Assembly: GCF_000009705.1 (NCBI RefSeq)
Contig: NC_003272.1
Span: forward strand, 2,400,001 to 2,432,000
DNA: 32,000 nucleotides
Direction: 5' to 3'
DNA from: Nostoc sp. PCC 7120 = FACHB-418
GTDB taxonomy: Bacteria > Cyanobacteriota > Cyanobacteriia > Cyanobacteriales > Nostocaceae
The notes under the pieces were generated by a model. The model saw only the letters and a list, made by a program, of their open reading frames with translations, was not told the origin of the DNA and did not search any database. A program made the translations under genes and the position numbers. Positions 19,042 to 27,384 of the stretch are shown in pieces; position 1 is the first letter of the stretch, and every line of letters starts with the position of its first letter.

Positions 19042-20527
19042 TGGCAGACCTCAAGATTGGTAAAACAAAGGTGATGGGAGCGCGTTCTTCTACCTTGACC
19101 CGCACAACGGTAGTAGTTCCAGAAGAAATATTCAGGTGCGGCCCCGTGGAAGAAGACCACTTGTAACCGCTTGGTGTGTTGGCATCTAATTCTAAGTGAG
19201 AGAATACTTGTATTAATCCTTGCTGTTGAGATACTAAACCTTCCAGCACCTCAGAATTACCGACTTCATTAGCAGCCGCTTCCTTGGTAATCGGGAAGCG
19301 AGAAATGCTGGTGACATTACCCACAATCCCCCCAAAGCGTTCCCGCTTCACCGTTTGGGGAGTAATTTGGATAGACATCCCTGGCTGAATTTTCTTACCC
19401 TCCGCCACAGGAAAATAGGTAACACCAACCAACTTACTCTGGGGATTTTCCGCCTCTATGGTAGCTAACCGTGTACCTGCGTTAACAACTTGCCCTGGTG
19501 TCAAGGTAATTTCTAAAATGCGTCCGCTATGTTGACTAATAATCTGGCTATTATCACTCAGTTGCAGTTCTAGAGAGCCAATCTCTCGCTTCACCTCTTG
19601 AATTTCTTTATTTCTCGCCGTGACATTTTCTAAATCTTGTTGAGCCACGGAAGCCTGTTGACTATCTAATTGTTTCAACTGTGACTGCAAGTCAGCCACA
19701 AGTGTCAAATTTTCCCGATAATCTTTTTCTTGTTGAGTCTCTTTGACATCAAGTTCTTTTAATTGTGCTTGAATATCAGCAATCTTTTCTAAGTTTTGCA
19801 GATATTCCTGTTCTGCTTTGAGGGCTTCATCACCGGAAATCGCCCCTTCTTTTTGAAATAATTCTTGGCGAATTTTCATCCTCCGTAGAAACACAGCAGT
19901 CAGAGCTTGAGCTTGCTGGAGACGTTGCTGTAAGCCTTGACGTTGCTGATCAACAGAGGTGTTACCTTTGGTTTTGAGTAAAGGTGTAATAGCTTCCAAT
20001 TCCAGTATACGCTGCCGGAGGTACTGACGCTGTTGTTGCTGCGATCGCTCCTCTTGTTCCAACCTCCGCCCTTGTAGTGAGCCAACAGCTTTATCTTGCG
20101 ATTCCAGTTGTGTTAGTTTCCCTCGCTGTTGTTGCAGTTGCTTACGCAGTTCAGCTTGGTCAATTGTCGCCAACACCTGCCCTTTTTTAATCACATCCCC
20201 CACTTTCACATTCAACGCCATGATTTGCCCGGCACTTTTGGATTGTAGGGGTACAACATTGCTAGGGTAAATCAATACACCCCGACCCTCAACGGTGATG
20301 GGAATGCTACCATAAATACTCCAGATAAAAGCAACTCCCACAATAGAACCCAACGCCACAAGAGGTAGCCAGCTTTTAGGACTGACTACCTGCATCAGTT
20401 GGTCTAATCTTTCAGGAGAAGATAGACGCTCTAAGGATTCTTTGCGGAATATACTGCCTTTTTTTGTAGCATTAGTTTGGTAACAAAACCTTCTCACTAG
20501 ATTTACTATTGTGGCGACGGAACTCAT
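19028..20527 (-). CDS. HlyD-family membrane fusion/secretion protein
   Basis: N-terminal FRKESLERLSSPERLDQLM + TM (WLPLVALGSIVGVAFIW), lipoyl-like GQIMALNVKVGDVIKKGQVLATID, a long Gln-rich coiled coil, and C-terminal GRILEITLTPGQVVNAGTRLATIE. The first ATG is at 20527 (the track starts at a TTG at 20536). It overlaps the 3' end of the upstream rSAM gene by about 56 nt. Confidence 0.9.
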   Translation of the reverse strand: MSSVATIVNLVRRFCYQTNATKKGSIFRKESLERLSSPERLDQLMQVVSPKSWLPLVALGSIVGVAFIWSIYGSIPITVEGRGVLIYPSNVVPLQSKSAGQIMALNVKVGDVIKKGQVLATIDQAELRKQLQQQRGKLTQLESQDKAVGSLQGRRLEQEERSQQQQRQYLRQRILELEAITPLLKTKGNTSVDQQRQGLQQRLQQAQALTAVFLRRMKIRQELFQKEGAISGDEALKAEQEYLQNLEKIADIQAQLKELDVKETQQEKDYRENLTLVADLQSQLKQLDSQQASVAQQDLENVTARNKEIQEVKREIGSLELQLSDNSQIISQHSGRILEITLTPGQVVNAGTRLATIEAENPQSKLVGVTYFPVAEGKKIQPGMSIQITPQTVKRERFGGIVGNVTSISRFPITKEAAANEVGNSEVLEGLVSQQQGLIQVFSHLELDANTPSGYKWSSSTGPHLNISSGTTTVVRVKVEERAPITFVLPILRSASGIY

Positions 20528-22502
20528 GAAGATCAATATAGCCAGCAGGTAATTCTGAAACTGATAGATAAGGTGAACAAGACCCCTTTAATGCTAAACT
20601 GAGTAGTCTGCCATCGATATCTAACAAAATCTTACGCTCTCGTAACTCAGATACAATGGGGAATATTTCATCCCAGGATACCGGAACGTCAAGCTTTTTA
20701 TTAATTTCTGACACTACTTCTCGATAAGTCAAAGCGCGATCGCAAACTTTATAAACCCAATAAGCCAATCCTTCTAGAAACAATAGACTTTCGGTAGCGC
20801 ATGGTCTACTATCATAAATTGTAATTAAGCTACCACTATCATTCATGCTCAAAATTGGTAAATACTCTGGTTTATGTTCCTTGTAGTACAAAGACTGCCA
20901 TAAACGATTCCATTGGTTTACCCAGAGTTTCAAGTTTTCTAACCCTGGACGCTCTGTTTTTTCACTTGTTTGTTCATTTTCTTCTGTTGCATAACGAGTA
21001 ACCAAATTGTTTTGGTCTTCAAAAAAGTAGGCAAGTTCACTAAGTATTTCTGGCGCAAGTGGATATACGTATTTATAAGGGCGCAAAGGAGACAAGTTTA
21101 AACCCCAGTCCGATGGTCGCTCATAGTAAGGACTAAATCGGTCATAACGAATCTCTGATGCACCGCTTGGTGGTTGGAGATGAGCAATTAAAGGTAGCCA
21201 TTCCATCATCTCCACATACCACTCATCTGACTCCCCTGGAAAGTCCGCAAGTATATTCCAAAATACAATAATTCCTAATTCTCTAGCCCATTTCAATAAC
21301 TGCACATTCATCCAGGCTGTGTTACCTTTGTTCATCAGTTTTAAAATGGAGTTGTGCATACTTTCGATGCCTGGTTGGATGCAACGAACACCAGCTTGTG
21401 CCAATTGTTGCAGATGTTCCCACCTTAAGTTAGCTTTCGTTTCATAAAAAATATTGTAAGCTTCATCTCCAGCAGCAAGAACCGGAATAACCGTATTCAT
21501 GTGATTCATATCTAGGATATTATCGACCACCTGAAATTTACGCAGTCCATAACGTTCACATAGCTGGGTAAACTCTTTCAGCACACGATCAGGAGATTTA
21601 GAACGGTAATTTATACCACTTCCGTTCAATCCACAAAAAGTGCAATGATGTTTTTGCCCCCACCAACATCCACGAGAGGTTTCAATCAAAAGTCCAGGTT
21701 GAATGTAGGGCGAAAGTGTAGAAGCATGGAGGGTTTGAAAGTAATCATCGTAGTCAGGAATTGGTACTTGATCTAAGTTCTGTACGGAAGCTCTTGGCGC
21801 GGCTATGCTGATTTTGGTAGAAGTCCGATGAGATGGACTAATTACACCATAAGGCAATATTGATGGATCAACCTCTCGACCACCATCCAAAAGCTGATAG
21901 CAAAACTCATTAAATAAATCGTCACCCTCTCCCGAAATGATAAAATCTACCCAAGAAAAATGTGTGTGAGTAGCTAACCCCATAGCCCCTTCACAGTTAG
22001 CACCTCCCATAAAAGTAATAATTTCCGGGGCTAACTCTCGTACACGTTTCAAGAGAGCAAGTGAAGCACAATGCTGCTGAAATGTAGAACTACAGCCAAT
22101 AATACGGGGTTGTAAATTGGCTACAGACTGAGCAACACTTTCAATAAATGCTGTAGCCTGCTCACGTACTGCCAAAAATGCTTCTTTCAGGTTCCTATCA
22201 GGCAAATAATTCTCGTAGCTTTTGAAACATGGAGAAATAAGATCGAAATACTCTGAATGGTTAGGATTAAATTCAGGAAATAACACTCCAGAAAATGTCC
22301 ATTCACCCAAGAACGTTTCAATAAAATTCTCACTAATCATAGCATATACATCAAGGCCTATTTCTTCTGCAAACTGGATATTTGGGTATAAAATTGTTGG
22401 TTCAAGCTTTGCTTGTTGTAGACGAGCCTTTAATAAACCAAGAGCAATTGATGGTCTTTCAACTGCTGCATAAGGCATTAATACTAAACATACATCACTC
22501 AT
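20472..22502 (-). CDS. B12-binding-domain radical SAM RiPP maturase (candidate C-methyltransferase, TIGR03975-like from memory)
   Basis: 676 aa. N-terminal Rossmann-like B12 domain pattern (VCLVLMPYAAVERPSIALGLLKA, IIGCSSTFQQHCASLALL, FMGGANCEG). The cluster motif SRGCWWGQKHHCTFCGLNG has C-x7-C-x2-C spacing. Confidence 0.85.
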   Translation of the reverse strand: MSDVCLVLMPYAAVERPSIALGLLKARLQQAKLEPTILYPNIQFAEEIGLDVYAMISENFIETFLGEWTFSGVLFPEFNPNHSEYFDLISPCFKSYENYLPDRNLKEAFLAVREQATAFIESVAQSVANLQPRIIGCSSTFQQHCASLALLKRVRELAPEIITFMGGANCEGAMGLATHTHFSWVDFIISGEGDDLFNEFCYQLLDGGREVDPSILPYGVISPSHRTSTKISIAAPRASVQNLDQVPIPDYDDYFQTLHASTLSPYIQPGLLIETSRGCWWGQKHHCTFCGLNGSGINYRSKSPDRVLKEFTQLCERYGLRKFQVVDNILDMNHMNTVIPVLAAGDEAYNIFYETKANLRWEHLQQLAQAGVRCIQPGIESMHNSILKLMNKGNTAWMNVQLLKWARELGIIVFWNILADFPGESDEWYVEMMEWLPLIAHLQPPSGASEIRYDRFSPYYERPSDWGLNLSPLRPYKYVYPLAPEILSELAYFFEDQNNLVTRYATEENEQTSEKTERPGLENLKLWVNQWNRLWQSLYYKEHKPEYLPILSMNDSGSLITIYDSRPCATESLLFLEGLAYWVYKVCDRALTYREVVSEINKKLDVPVSWDEIFPIVSELRERKILLDIDGRLLSLALKGSCSPYLSVSELPAGYIDLHEFRRHNSKSSEKVLLPN

Positions 22503-22577
22503 GATTTTATTTATATAATTTTCGTTTATGCCGTGGAAAATAGGAATTTGTATTTTATTAATTTAAAACACTAGTTA

Positions 22578-22607
22578 TCTAGCCTAAAATCTTATTTTTA
22601 GGCTAGA
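22578..22607 (-). terminator. 12-bp perfect stem-loop immediately 3' of the NHLP-1 precursor gene (attenuator/processing hairpin candidate)
   Basis: 22578-22589 pairs with 22596-22607 (tctagcctaaaa / ttttaggctaga) with a 6-nt loop. It lies 9 nt downstream of the precursor stop and ahead of the rSAM gene. The U-run follows only after about 9 nt, so it is not a textbook terminator. Confidence 0.4.
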
Positions 22608-22615
22608 CATTTAAC

Positions 22616-22909
22616 TTAAAACTTAACTTTAACCGTAACTGAAACTTCGCCACTAATTCTACCACCTGCTACTGACTCTAGCTCTGCTTCAGATAATGTA
22701 TCTTGCTCAGAATTTGGTAACGCCTGCAAAGATAAATTTCCTGGAGTAGTTTCCACCAAATTAACATCAATACTGGATGGAAGATTAATTCCCTCTTTTT
22801 CCAGAGTAGACCGAGGATTAGATACTAAAGCCTGCTTAAAAGACTCATCTTGCCCAGCTTTTACTATAATTTTTTCTTCGAGTTCTTTCCATGTCATTAC
22901 TAGACTCAT
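22616..22909 (-). CDS. NHLP-leader RiPP precursor 1; predicted core RISGEVSVTVKVKF
   Basis: 97 aa. The nitrile-hydratase-like leader pattern WKELEEKIIVKAGQDESFKQALVSNPRSTLEKEGINLP...LSEAELESVAGG ends in a double glycine. AAGGAG Shine-Dalgarno sequence upstream of the ATG at 22909. The core is 22619-22660. Confidence 0.9.
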   Translation of the reverse strand: MSLVMTWKELEEKIIVKAGQDESFKQALVSNPRSTLEKEGINLPSSIDVNLVETTPGNLSLQALPNSEQDTLSEAELESVAGGRISGEVSVTVKVKF

Positions 22910-23194
22910 TTGTTGTTTCTCCTTAAAGGTTGCAATGGCATTTTGCCATCAAAATACTTTTCAATACAATGCACATTTTCCAGATAGAACTCACCTTTTT
23001 TTAGATTTTTTTATGCTATTTTTAAAGTAAAAAAGTACATTTTTGCCTTTGAATCGCTCTCATACAAATTTGGAAAATAATTGCAACAGATGGACATATA
23101 AAACTCATATACACCAAGCGATTTCCAATCCAAAATTTAAAATGGTGTAAGAAGTTTTATTTTGTTAACAAATTTTAACGGAAGTCTCACTCAC

Positions 23195-26100
23195 TTACTG
23201 CCATAACAATATTGAAGGTAGTAAGTCTGGACATGATAATCTCAATAGCTCATAGCCAATACCAGCTATTCCTTGACAAAAACCAAAACTATATACGTCG
23301 GCTGGTAAATGAGGAAGAAGTTGAAAATAACCAATCTGGTTTGCTCTAGACAAAACTTGAGTTGCTCGATTATTTGCTGTTTCTAGTAATTCTGGGTGTG
23401 AAAGTTGCTTAGATGCAACTAATAACATTTCTATATGACTAAAATTGCCACAGCAGATGTTATCTAAAACCTGTAAACTTGAGTGATGTATTGTATGTAA
23501 ATTTATATCTAATTCTTGACGAATTTCATCTGTATCGAGGATGTTTAAAGTTCCTAACCGAGCCACAGAAATACCAATTAGCCCAGAACACCATTCAGTT
23601 GTAGATGAGAGTAAGCTATTGTCAATGCTAACTAAATCCAAGTCTTGGCAATTGCTGCTTAACGAGAATAAACGTTGTTCTAAAGTAATAGCTTCTCGAG
23701 CTGCTGATGCAAAGATTGGCTCATCAGTAGCTGCATATAATTGAAGCAGTGCATAGGCAATACCCGCAGCACCATGAGAAAATCCTAGTAGTACCTTGCC
23801 TTCAGCATTAGTCCAGGCTTGATAGACTTCATCTACGGTTACACGAGTATCTAGTAAATAATTGCCCCAGCTAATAGCCTGCTGTAAAGTAGCAGGTTCT
23901 TTTGTAGCTTTGTACAAAGCTAATAAGCTAAGAATTGTACCAGCAACACCAGTCATTACTCCAGGTGCTTGATTAACGGTCGCTTCATTTATTACCATCA
24001 AAGAAGCTAGTTGTTGAGCATCCTGAATCAGCTCTACTTCGCCGAGAAACTCACTAATACGAACTAGGGCATAAACAATAGAAGCTAATCCTGTAGCACC
24101 ACCAATACCCATTTGTCCAATTAGCTTTTGCTGAAGGTCAATATGTGGATCTTGTAAAGTTTTGCGTAGGGACTGTAAAGATGCTAAGGATAATTCACCA
24201 AATTCTGCTCGATTCGTAACAGACGCTAGTGCTGCTAAAAATAAAGATATGCCACAACAACCATCATATAAACTATTGCCTACTGGCTGTAATTGAAACC
24301 TTTGCGCCTCAAACAAGTATCCCATCCCAATCCAGGTAACACTATTGTCCTTTCCGCGAATAGCTTGCTGCTCTAGTTGTTGAGCGATGGCGATCGCCTG
24401 CTGTAACATACCTCGTCTTTCTATGGGGGCAACTATGTCCATGTACAGGTTAGGATTCTCTAATGGTAAAGAATTTAGTTGTTCATTAGTCAGACATGAG
24501 TAAAGTGAACCTCTAATCAGGCTAATCTGCTTCGCTAAATCTGCATCATCCATCTGTCGCAGATGGGCAATAACATCGTCATAACTAGAACTACTCAAAA
24601 ATTTATTGATAGTTTGCTCTGAACTAATATCTATTACATTACTATCTGAATATGCCGTGAAATAAGGAATATCTAACTGTTCTAAAGCTTGCTTTTCTGC
24701 TGCTAATAATGGCCATAAAGGATGTTTATCTTCTGAAGAGAGAAATGCTCTGCTTAGTAAGTCTAACTGAATACTATGTTCTACTCCAGTTCGCAAGCAT
24801 TTATGATTTAAAGAGTTCTGCAAAATAGAAGCGTAAACAGTAGTATTGCGAATTACAAGCCGTACTTTCTGGTTGCTAAATGCCGTTATTGGACTATCAC
24901 TTGCTAACAGTTCTTCTTTTCTTTGTTGCAAGAACTGGTACATCTGCCGAAATCCATCTATGAGTTCTTTGCTGTGGTTATTCAGCGAGGTATCAATATT
25001 CTCACCAAAAGGTCGATTTTTTTTTGGTAGTAATTTAGTGTACTCGCGTACAATAACCATGCTATCTGTATTAATGTGCTTCCATTTCATTGCTCGGTAA
25101 GGCATCTCTTGTTCACCAAAACCTCCCAATCCACTGAAGTCTAACTTCAGTATCTCAGTTTGCTCATAAGGCAAAATTTGCCATCCTGGTAAGAAACCAG
25201 TACCAACAACAGAATCTTGTAAACATTCATTTGCTATAGATTTAGCATCAGCATCATCTTTACTTAACCAAGTACGGTGATGTAAAAGTGTCTCTAAATC
25301 TACAAGAACTGGCTGATCTCCACAAGCAATTAAGTTTTCACAATGACAGTCGTTCCCTTTTAAGAGGTACACAATACACAGCACCATACCGGCACGCTGA
25401 TAATAGTGTTTCACTGCGTCTTGATCTTGACATGGCAAAGCTTCAGCGAACTCCATCCAACCGTAGTTAGAGCAATTAATTATCTTCAGCAGCTTCAGGG
25501 GCAAGTTAATTTTTTGTTGATTAATCCAATCTAAAAAATCAAAATAAGCCTTTTCTAAGCCTAAGCTTTTAGGTTTGTAAACTAGCTTGAAACCTGAAGC
25601 AAACTTAATCACAATTACAGCACGGCCACGATTATGAAAATCAGACATTGCTAATTGAACACTAACAACTTGCCCTAATTTTTGCTCTGGCTGAAAAGTC
25701 AACTGAATTTTATCCGAGTCTGATGCCAATCTTGAGAGAAATTCTCCAGTCGCTTCTACCCAGAAGTCTACAGATGTTGCTATCAATCTAGCTAATACAC
25801 TGTACTCTTGGAAGAAAGACAGTAGTCCGTCTTTAAGTAATTTGTTAACAAAATCTGTGTACTGCTGCTTAGAACAATTACTTTGCAACTGATTAATAAA
25901 ACGAACTAAGGGAGAACTTTTTAAAGAGCGAAAAATTGAGAACTCCAGTTCCAAAGGAGAGATGCAAATACCAGTCAAATGCTCCAGGAGACTTCGTTCC
26001 ATTTGAATATGAGCATTTTGTGATAATAAATAATAGCTAGATCCAGCAGACTCAATTAATTTTTTTTTAGCAACATCAACAAATGGTACCAGAATTTCTT

Positions 26101-26488
26101 CAAACGGAAACGGACGTTCAGGATCTAAATACCGATGCTGCTGTAAGAATTTGTTGTTTGAATTTTCTGGAATAACAAAAGTAGCAACTTGCATTCCTGC
26201 TTTTAAAGTTTCCACCCAGTTGGGTAGATATTTTTCATCAGCTAGATTAACATTACCTAAAACACAGCTAATAGTATTAGTATCTAAGCCATCCCACAAT
26301 AAACGCTTTTCAAAATTATGTTGATTTCCTTTAGCGATAAATTGATACCATTTTTCTAATTTAGCATTATTTTGATTTGCATTTATTTGACGGTCATTGA
26401 AAATAAAACTACTACTAAGACGTTCAGAAATATTACTAGAACGCTCTATTATTTTAATTAAAGATTGCTTAGAAACGTTCATAATCAA
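23195..26488 (-). CDS. lanM: Class II lanthipeptide synthetase (LanM), ProcM-like CCG subtype
   Basis: 1097 aa. Dehydratase/kinase-like motifs DFHNRGRAVIVIKF..KLVYKPKSL and GNDCHCENLIACGDQPVLVDLETLL. C-terminal LanC-like motifs GFSHGAAGIAYAL, EWCSGLIGI and NICCGNFSH (the CCG codons are at 23447-23455). Confidence 0.95.
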   Translation of the reverse strand: MIMNVSKQSLIKIIERSSNISERLSSSFIFNDRQINANQNNAKLEKWYQFIAKGNQHNFEKRLLWDGLDTNTISCVLGNVNLADEKYLPNWVETLKAGMQVATFVIPENSNNKFLQQHRYLDPERPFPFEEILVPFVDVAKKKLIESAGSSYYLLSQNAHIQMERSLLEHLTGICISPLELEFSIFRSLKSSPLVRFINQLQSNCSKQQYTDFVNKLLKDGLLSFFQEYSVLARLIATSVDFWVEATGEFLSRLASDSDKIQLTFQPEQKLGQVVSVQLAMSDFHNRGRAVIVIKFASGFKLVYKPKSLGLEKAYFDFLDWINQQKINLPLKLLKIINCSNYGWMEFAEALPCQDQDAVKHYYQRAGMVLCIVYLLKGNDCHCENLIACGDQPVLVDLETLLHHRTWLSKDDADAKSIANECLQDSVVGTGFLPGWQILPYEQTEILKLDFSGLGGFGEQEMPYRAMKWKHINTDSMVIVREYTKLLPKKNRPFGENIDTSLNNHSKELIDGFRQMYQFLQQRKEELLASDSPITAFSNQKVRLVIRNTTVYASILQNSLNHKCLRTGVEHSIQLDLLSRAFLSSEDKHPLWPLLAAEKQALEQLDIPYFTAYSDSNVIDISSEQTINKFLSSSSYDDVIAHLRQMDDADLAKQISLIRGSLYSCLTNEQLNSLPLENPNLYMDIVAPIERRGMLQQAIAIAQQLEQQAIRGKDNSVTWIGMGYLFEAQRFQLQPVGNSLYDGCCGISLFLAALASVTNRAEFGELSLASLQSLRKTLQDPHIDLQQKLIGQMGIGGATGLASIVYALVRISEFLGEVELIQDAQQLASLMVINEATVNQAPGVMTGVAGTILSLLALYKATKEPATLQQAISWGNYLLDTRVTVDEVYQAWTNAEGKVLLGFSHGAAGIAYALLQLYAATDEPIFASAAREAITLEQRLFSLSSNCQDLDLVSIDNSLLSSTTEWCSGLIGISVARLGTLNILDTDEIRQELDINLHTIHHSSLQVLDNICCGNFSHIEMLLVASKQLSHPELLETANNRATQVLSRANQIGYFQLLPHLPADVYSFGFCQGIAGIGYELLRLSCPDLLPSILLWQ

Positions 26489-26561
26489 TTTAAAATAATT
26501 AATTTATTACTTTTTATGAAAAACCTCTCCGGTTTCATTGTAAATGTTTTAATGATTTGTA

Positions 26562-26714
26562 TTATTTAGGACTTGGAAAAAAGAATTTATAGATTTCGGC
26601 ACCAAAATCTTTTCCCTGATCATAAAGCATTGCTCCATTTAAAATAACAACAATCACAAAAATGCTTATGATTACGAATTTAATAATAACTTTAGGATCA
26701 TTTAAATTTTGCAT
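26562..26714 (-). CDS. Unannotated 50-aa single-pass membrane ORF; candidate immunity/accessory peptide
   Basis: Below the track's size cutoff. I translated it codon by codon: MQNLNDPKVIIKFVIISIFVIVVILNGAMLYDQGKDFGAEIYKFFFPSPK, with a TAA stop at 26562-26564. It has one hydrophobic helix, and its tail resembles the core of precursor 2. It sits between precursor 2 and lanM on the same strand. Confidence 0.45.
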   Translation of the reverse strand: MQNLNDPKVIIKFVIISIFVIVVILNGAMLYDQGKDFGAEIYKFFFPSPK

Positions 26715-26759
26715 AATAATTTAATGTATTATCCATCGTCCATGATGAGTTTTTTTGCT

Positions 26760-26783
26760 GGTGTAAGAAAAAACTCCTACACC
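26760..26783 (-). other. Weak stem-loop 3' of the NHLP-2 precursor
   Basis: GGTGTAAG (26760-26767) / CCTACACC (26776-26783), 7 of 8 bp, with an 8-nt loop. No U-tract follows on the sense strand. Confidence 0.25.
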
Positions 26784-26848
26784 AACTTGATTTACAGCGA
26801 AGTGTGATTTTTAGAACAATCTATGATCACAGTGTTTTCTGGAGAAAA

Positions 26849-26924
26849 GCTTTGTGTATTTCTTTACCAAAACCTTTTAATCTACAATGGCTTTATATAT
26901 TTCTTTGCCAAAGTCTTTTAATCT
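26849..26924. repeat. Tandem 35-nt direct duplication (period 41) spanning the 3' end of the NHLP-2 core
   Basis: 26849-26883 versus 26890-26924: 30/35 identical by my position-by-position comparison. Copy 1 encodes RLKDFGKEIYKA in frame. Copy 2 is out of frame and contains the gene's TAA stop (26877-26879). Confidence 0.85.
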
Positions 26925-27227
26925 ATCATAAGTTTTCTCAACAAAAGTGAATATATCTCCAAGACTTCCACCGGCAACCGCTTCTAACTGCTCTTCAGAT
27001 AACTCTACATCTTCTAAATTGGGACGTGCAGGAATTACGAAGTAGAAATTGGAATCATTCTCTTCCACTACATGAACATTTATTTCTTCTGGTAATTGAA
27101 TAGCAAATTCTCTTTCAATTACAGCTTTAGAGTTGTTTAATAACTCTTGCCTGTAGGTTTCGTCTTTCCAGGCTTGAACAATTATTTGTGCTTCAATTTC
27201 TTTACGAGTCTTTGTTTGTTCGCTCAT
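26877..27227 (-). CDS. NHLP-leader RiPP precursor 2; predicted core SLGDIFTFVEKTYDRLKDFGKEIYKAIVD
   Basis: 116 aa. The leader RKEIEAQIIVQAWKDETYRQELLNNSKAVIEREFAIQLPEEINVHVVEEN..FVIPARPN..LSEEQLEAVAGG is a near-consensus NHLP leader. The core is 26880-26966. Confidence 0.92.
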   Translation of the reverse strand: MSEQTKTRKEIEAQIIVQAWKDETYRQELLNNSKAVIEREFAIQLPEEINVHVVEENDSNFYFVIPARPNLEDVELSEEQLEAVAGGSLGDIFTFVEKTYDRLKDFGKEIYKAIVD

Positions 27228-27384
27228 TTTGGTTATTTCCTACTTAAACTAATTAAGGGTTTAATTGATTGGTGGACTGATGAATTCAAGAAAAGAATAG
27301 TAAGTTTTATCAGATGTAATACTAGTTTAAGCTTCCATCTGTATGAGACTTACATAATCATGAATTCTTTAATTTTTAGATTGA

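Noticed and set aside
22910-23194. Search for a hidden Cys-containing precursor between lanM and precursor 1. Small minus-strand ORFs such as MSICCNYFPNLYESDSKAKMYFFTLKIA (from 23097) and MSFICPSVAIIFQICMRAIQRQKCTFLL (from 23108) turned up.
   Set aside because: They have no NHLP/Nif11 leader, no double-glycine site and no Shine-Dalgarno sequence, and they are only 27-28 aa in an AT-rich promoter region.
26877-26900. Programmed -1 frameshift into the duplicated copy, giving a Cys-containing extension SHCRLKGFGKEIHKAFLQKTL
   Set aside because: The alternative frame is closed by a TAA just upstream. There is no X_XXY_YYZ slippery heptamer at the required site (TAT AAA GCC), and no downstream pseudoknot is evident.
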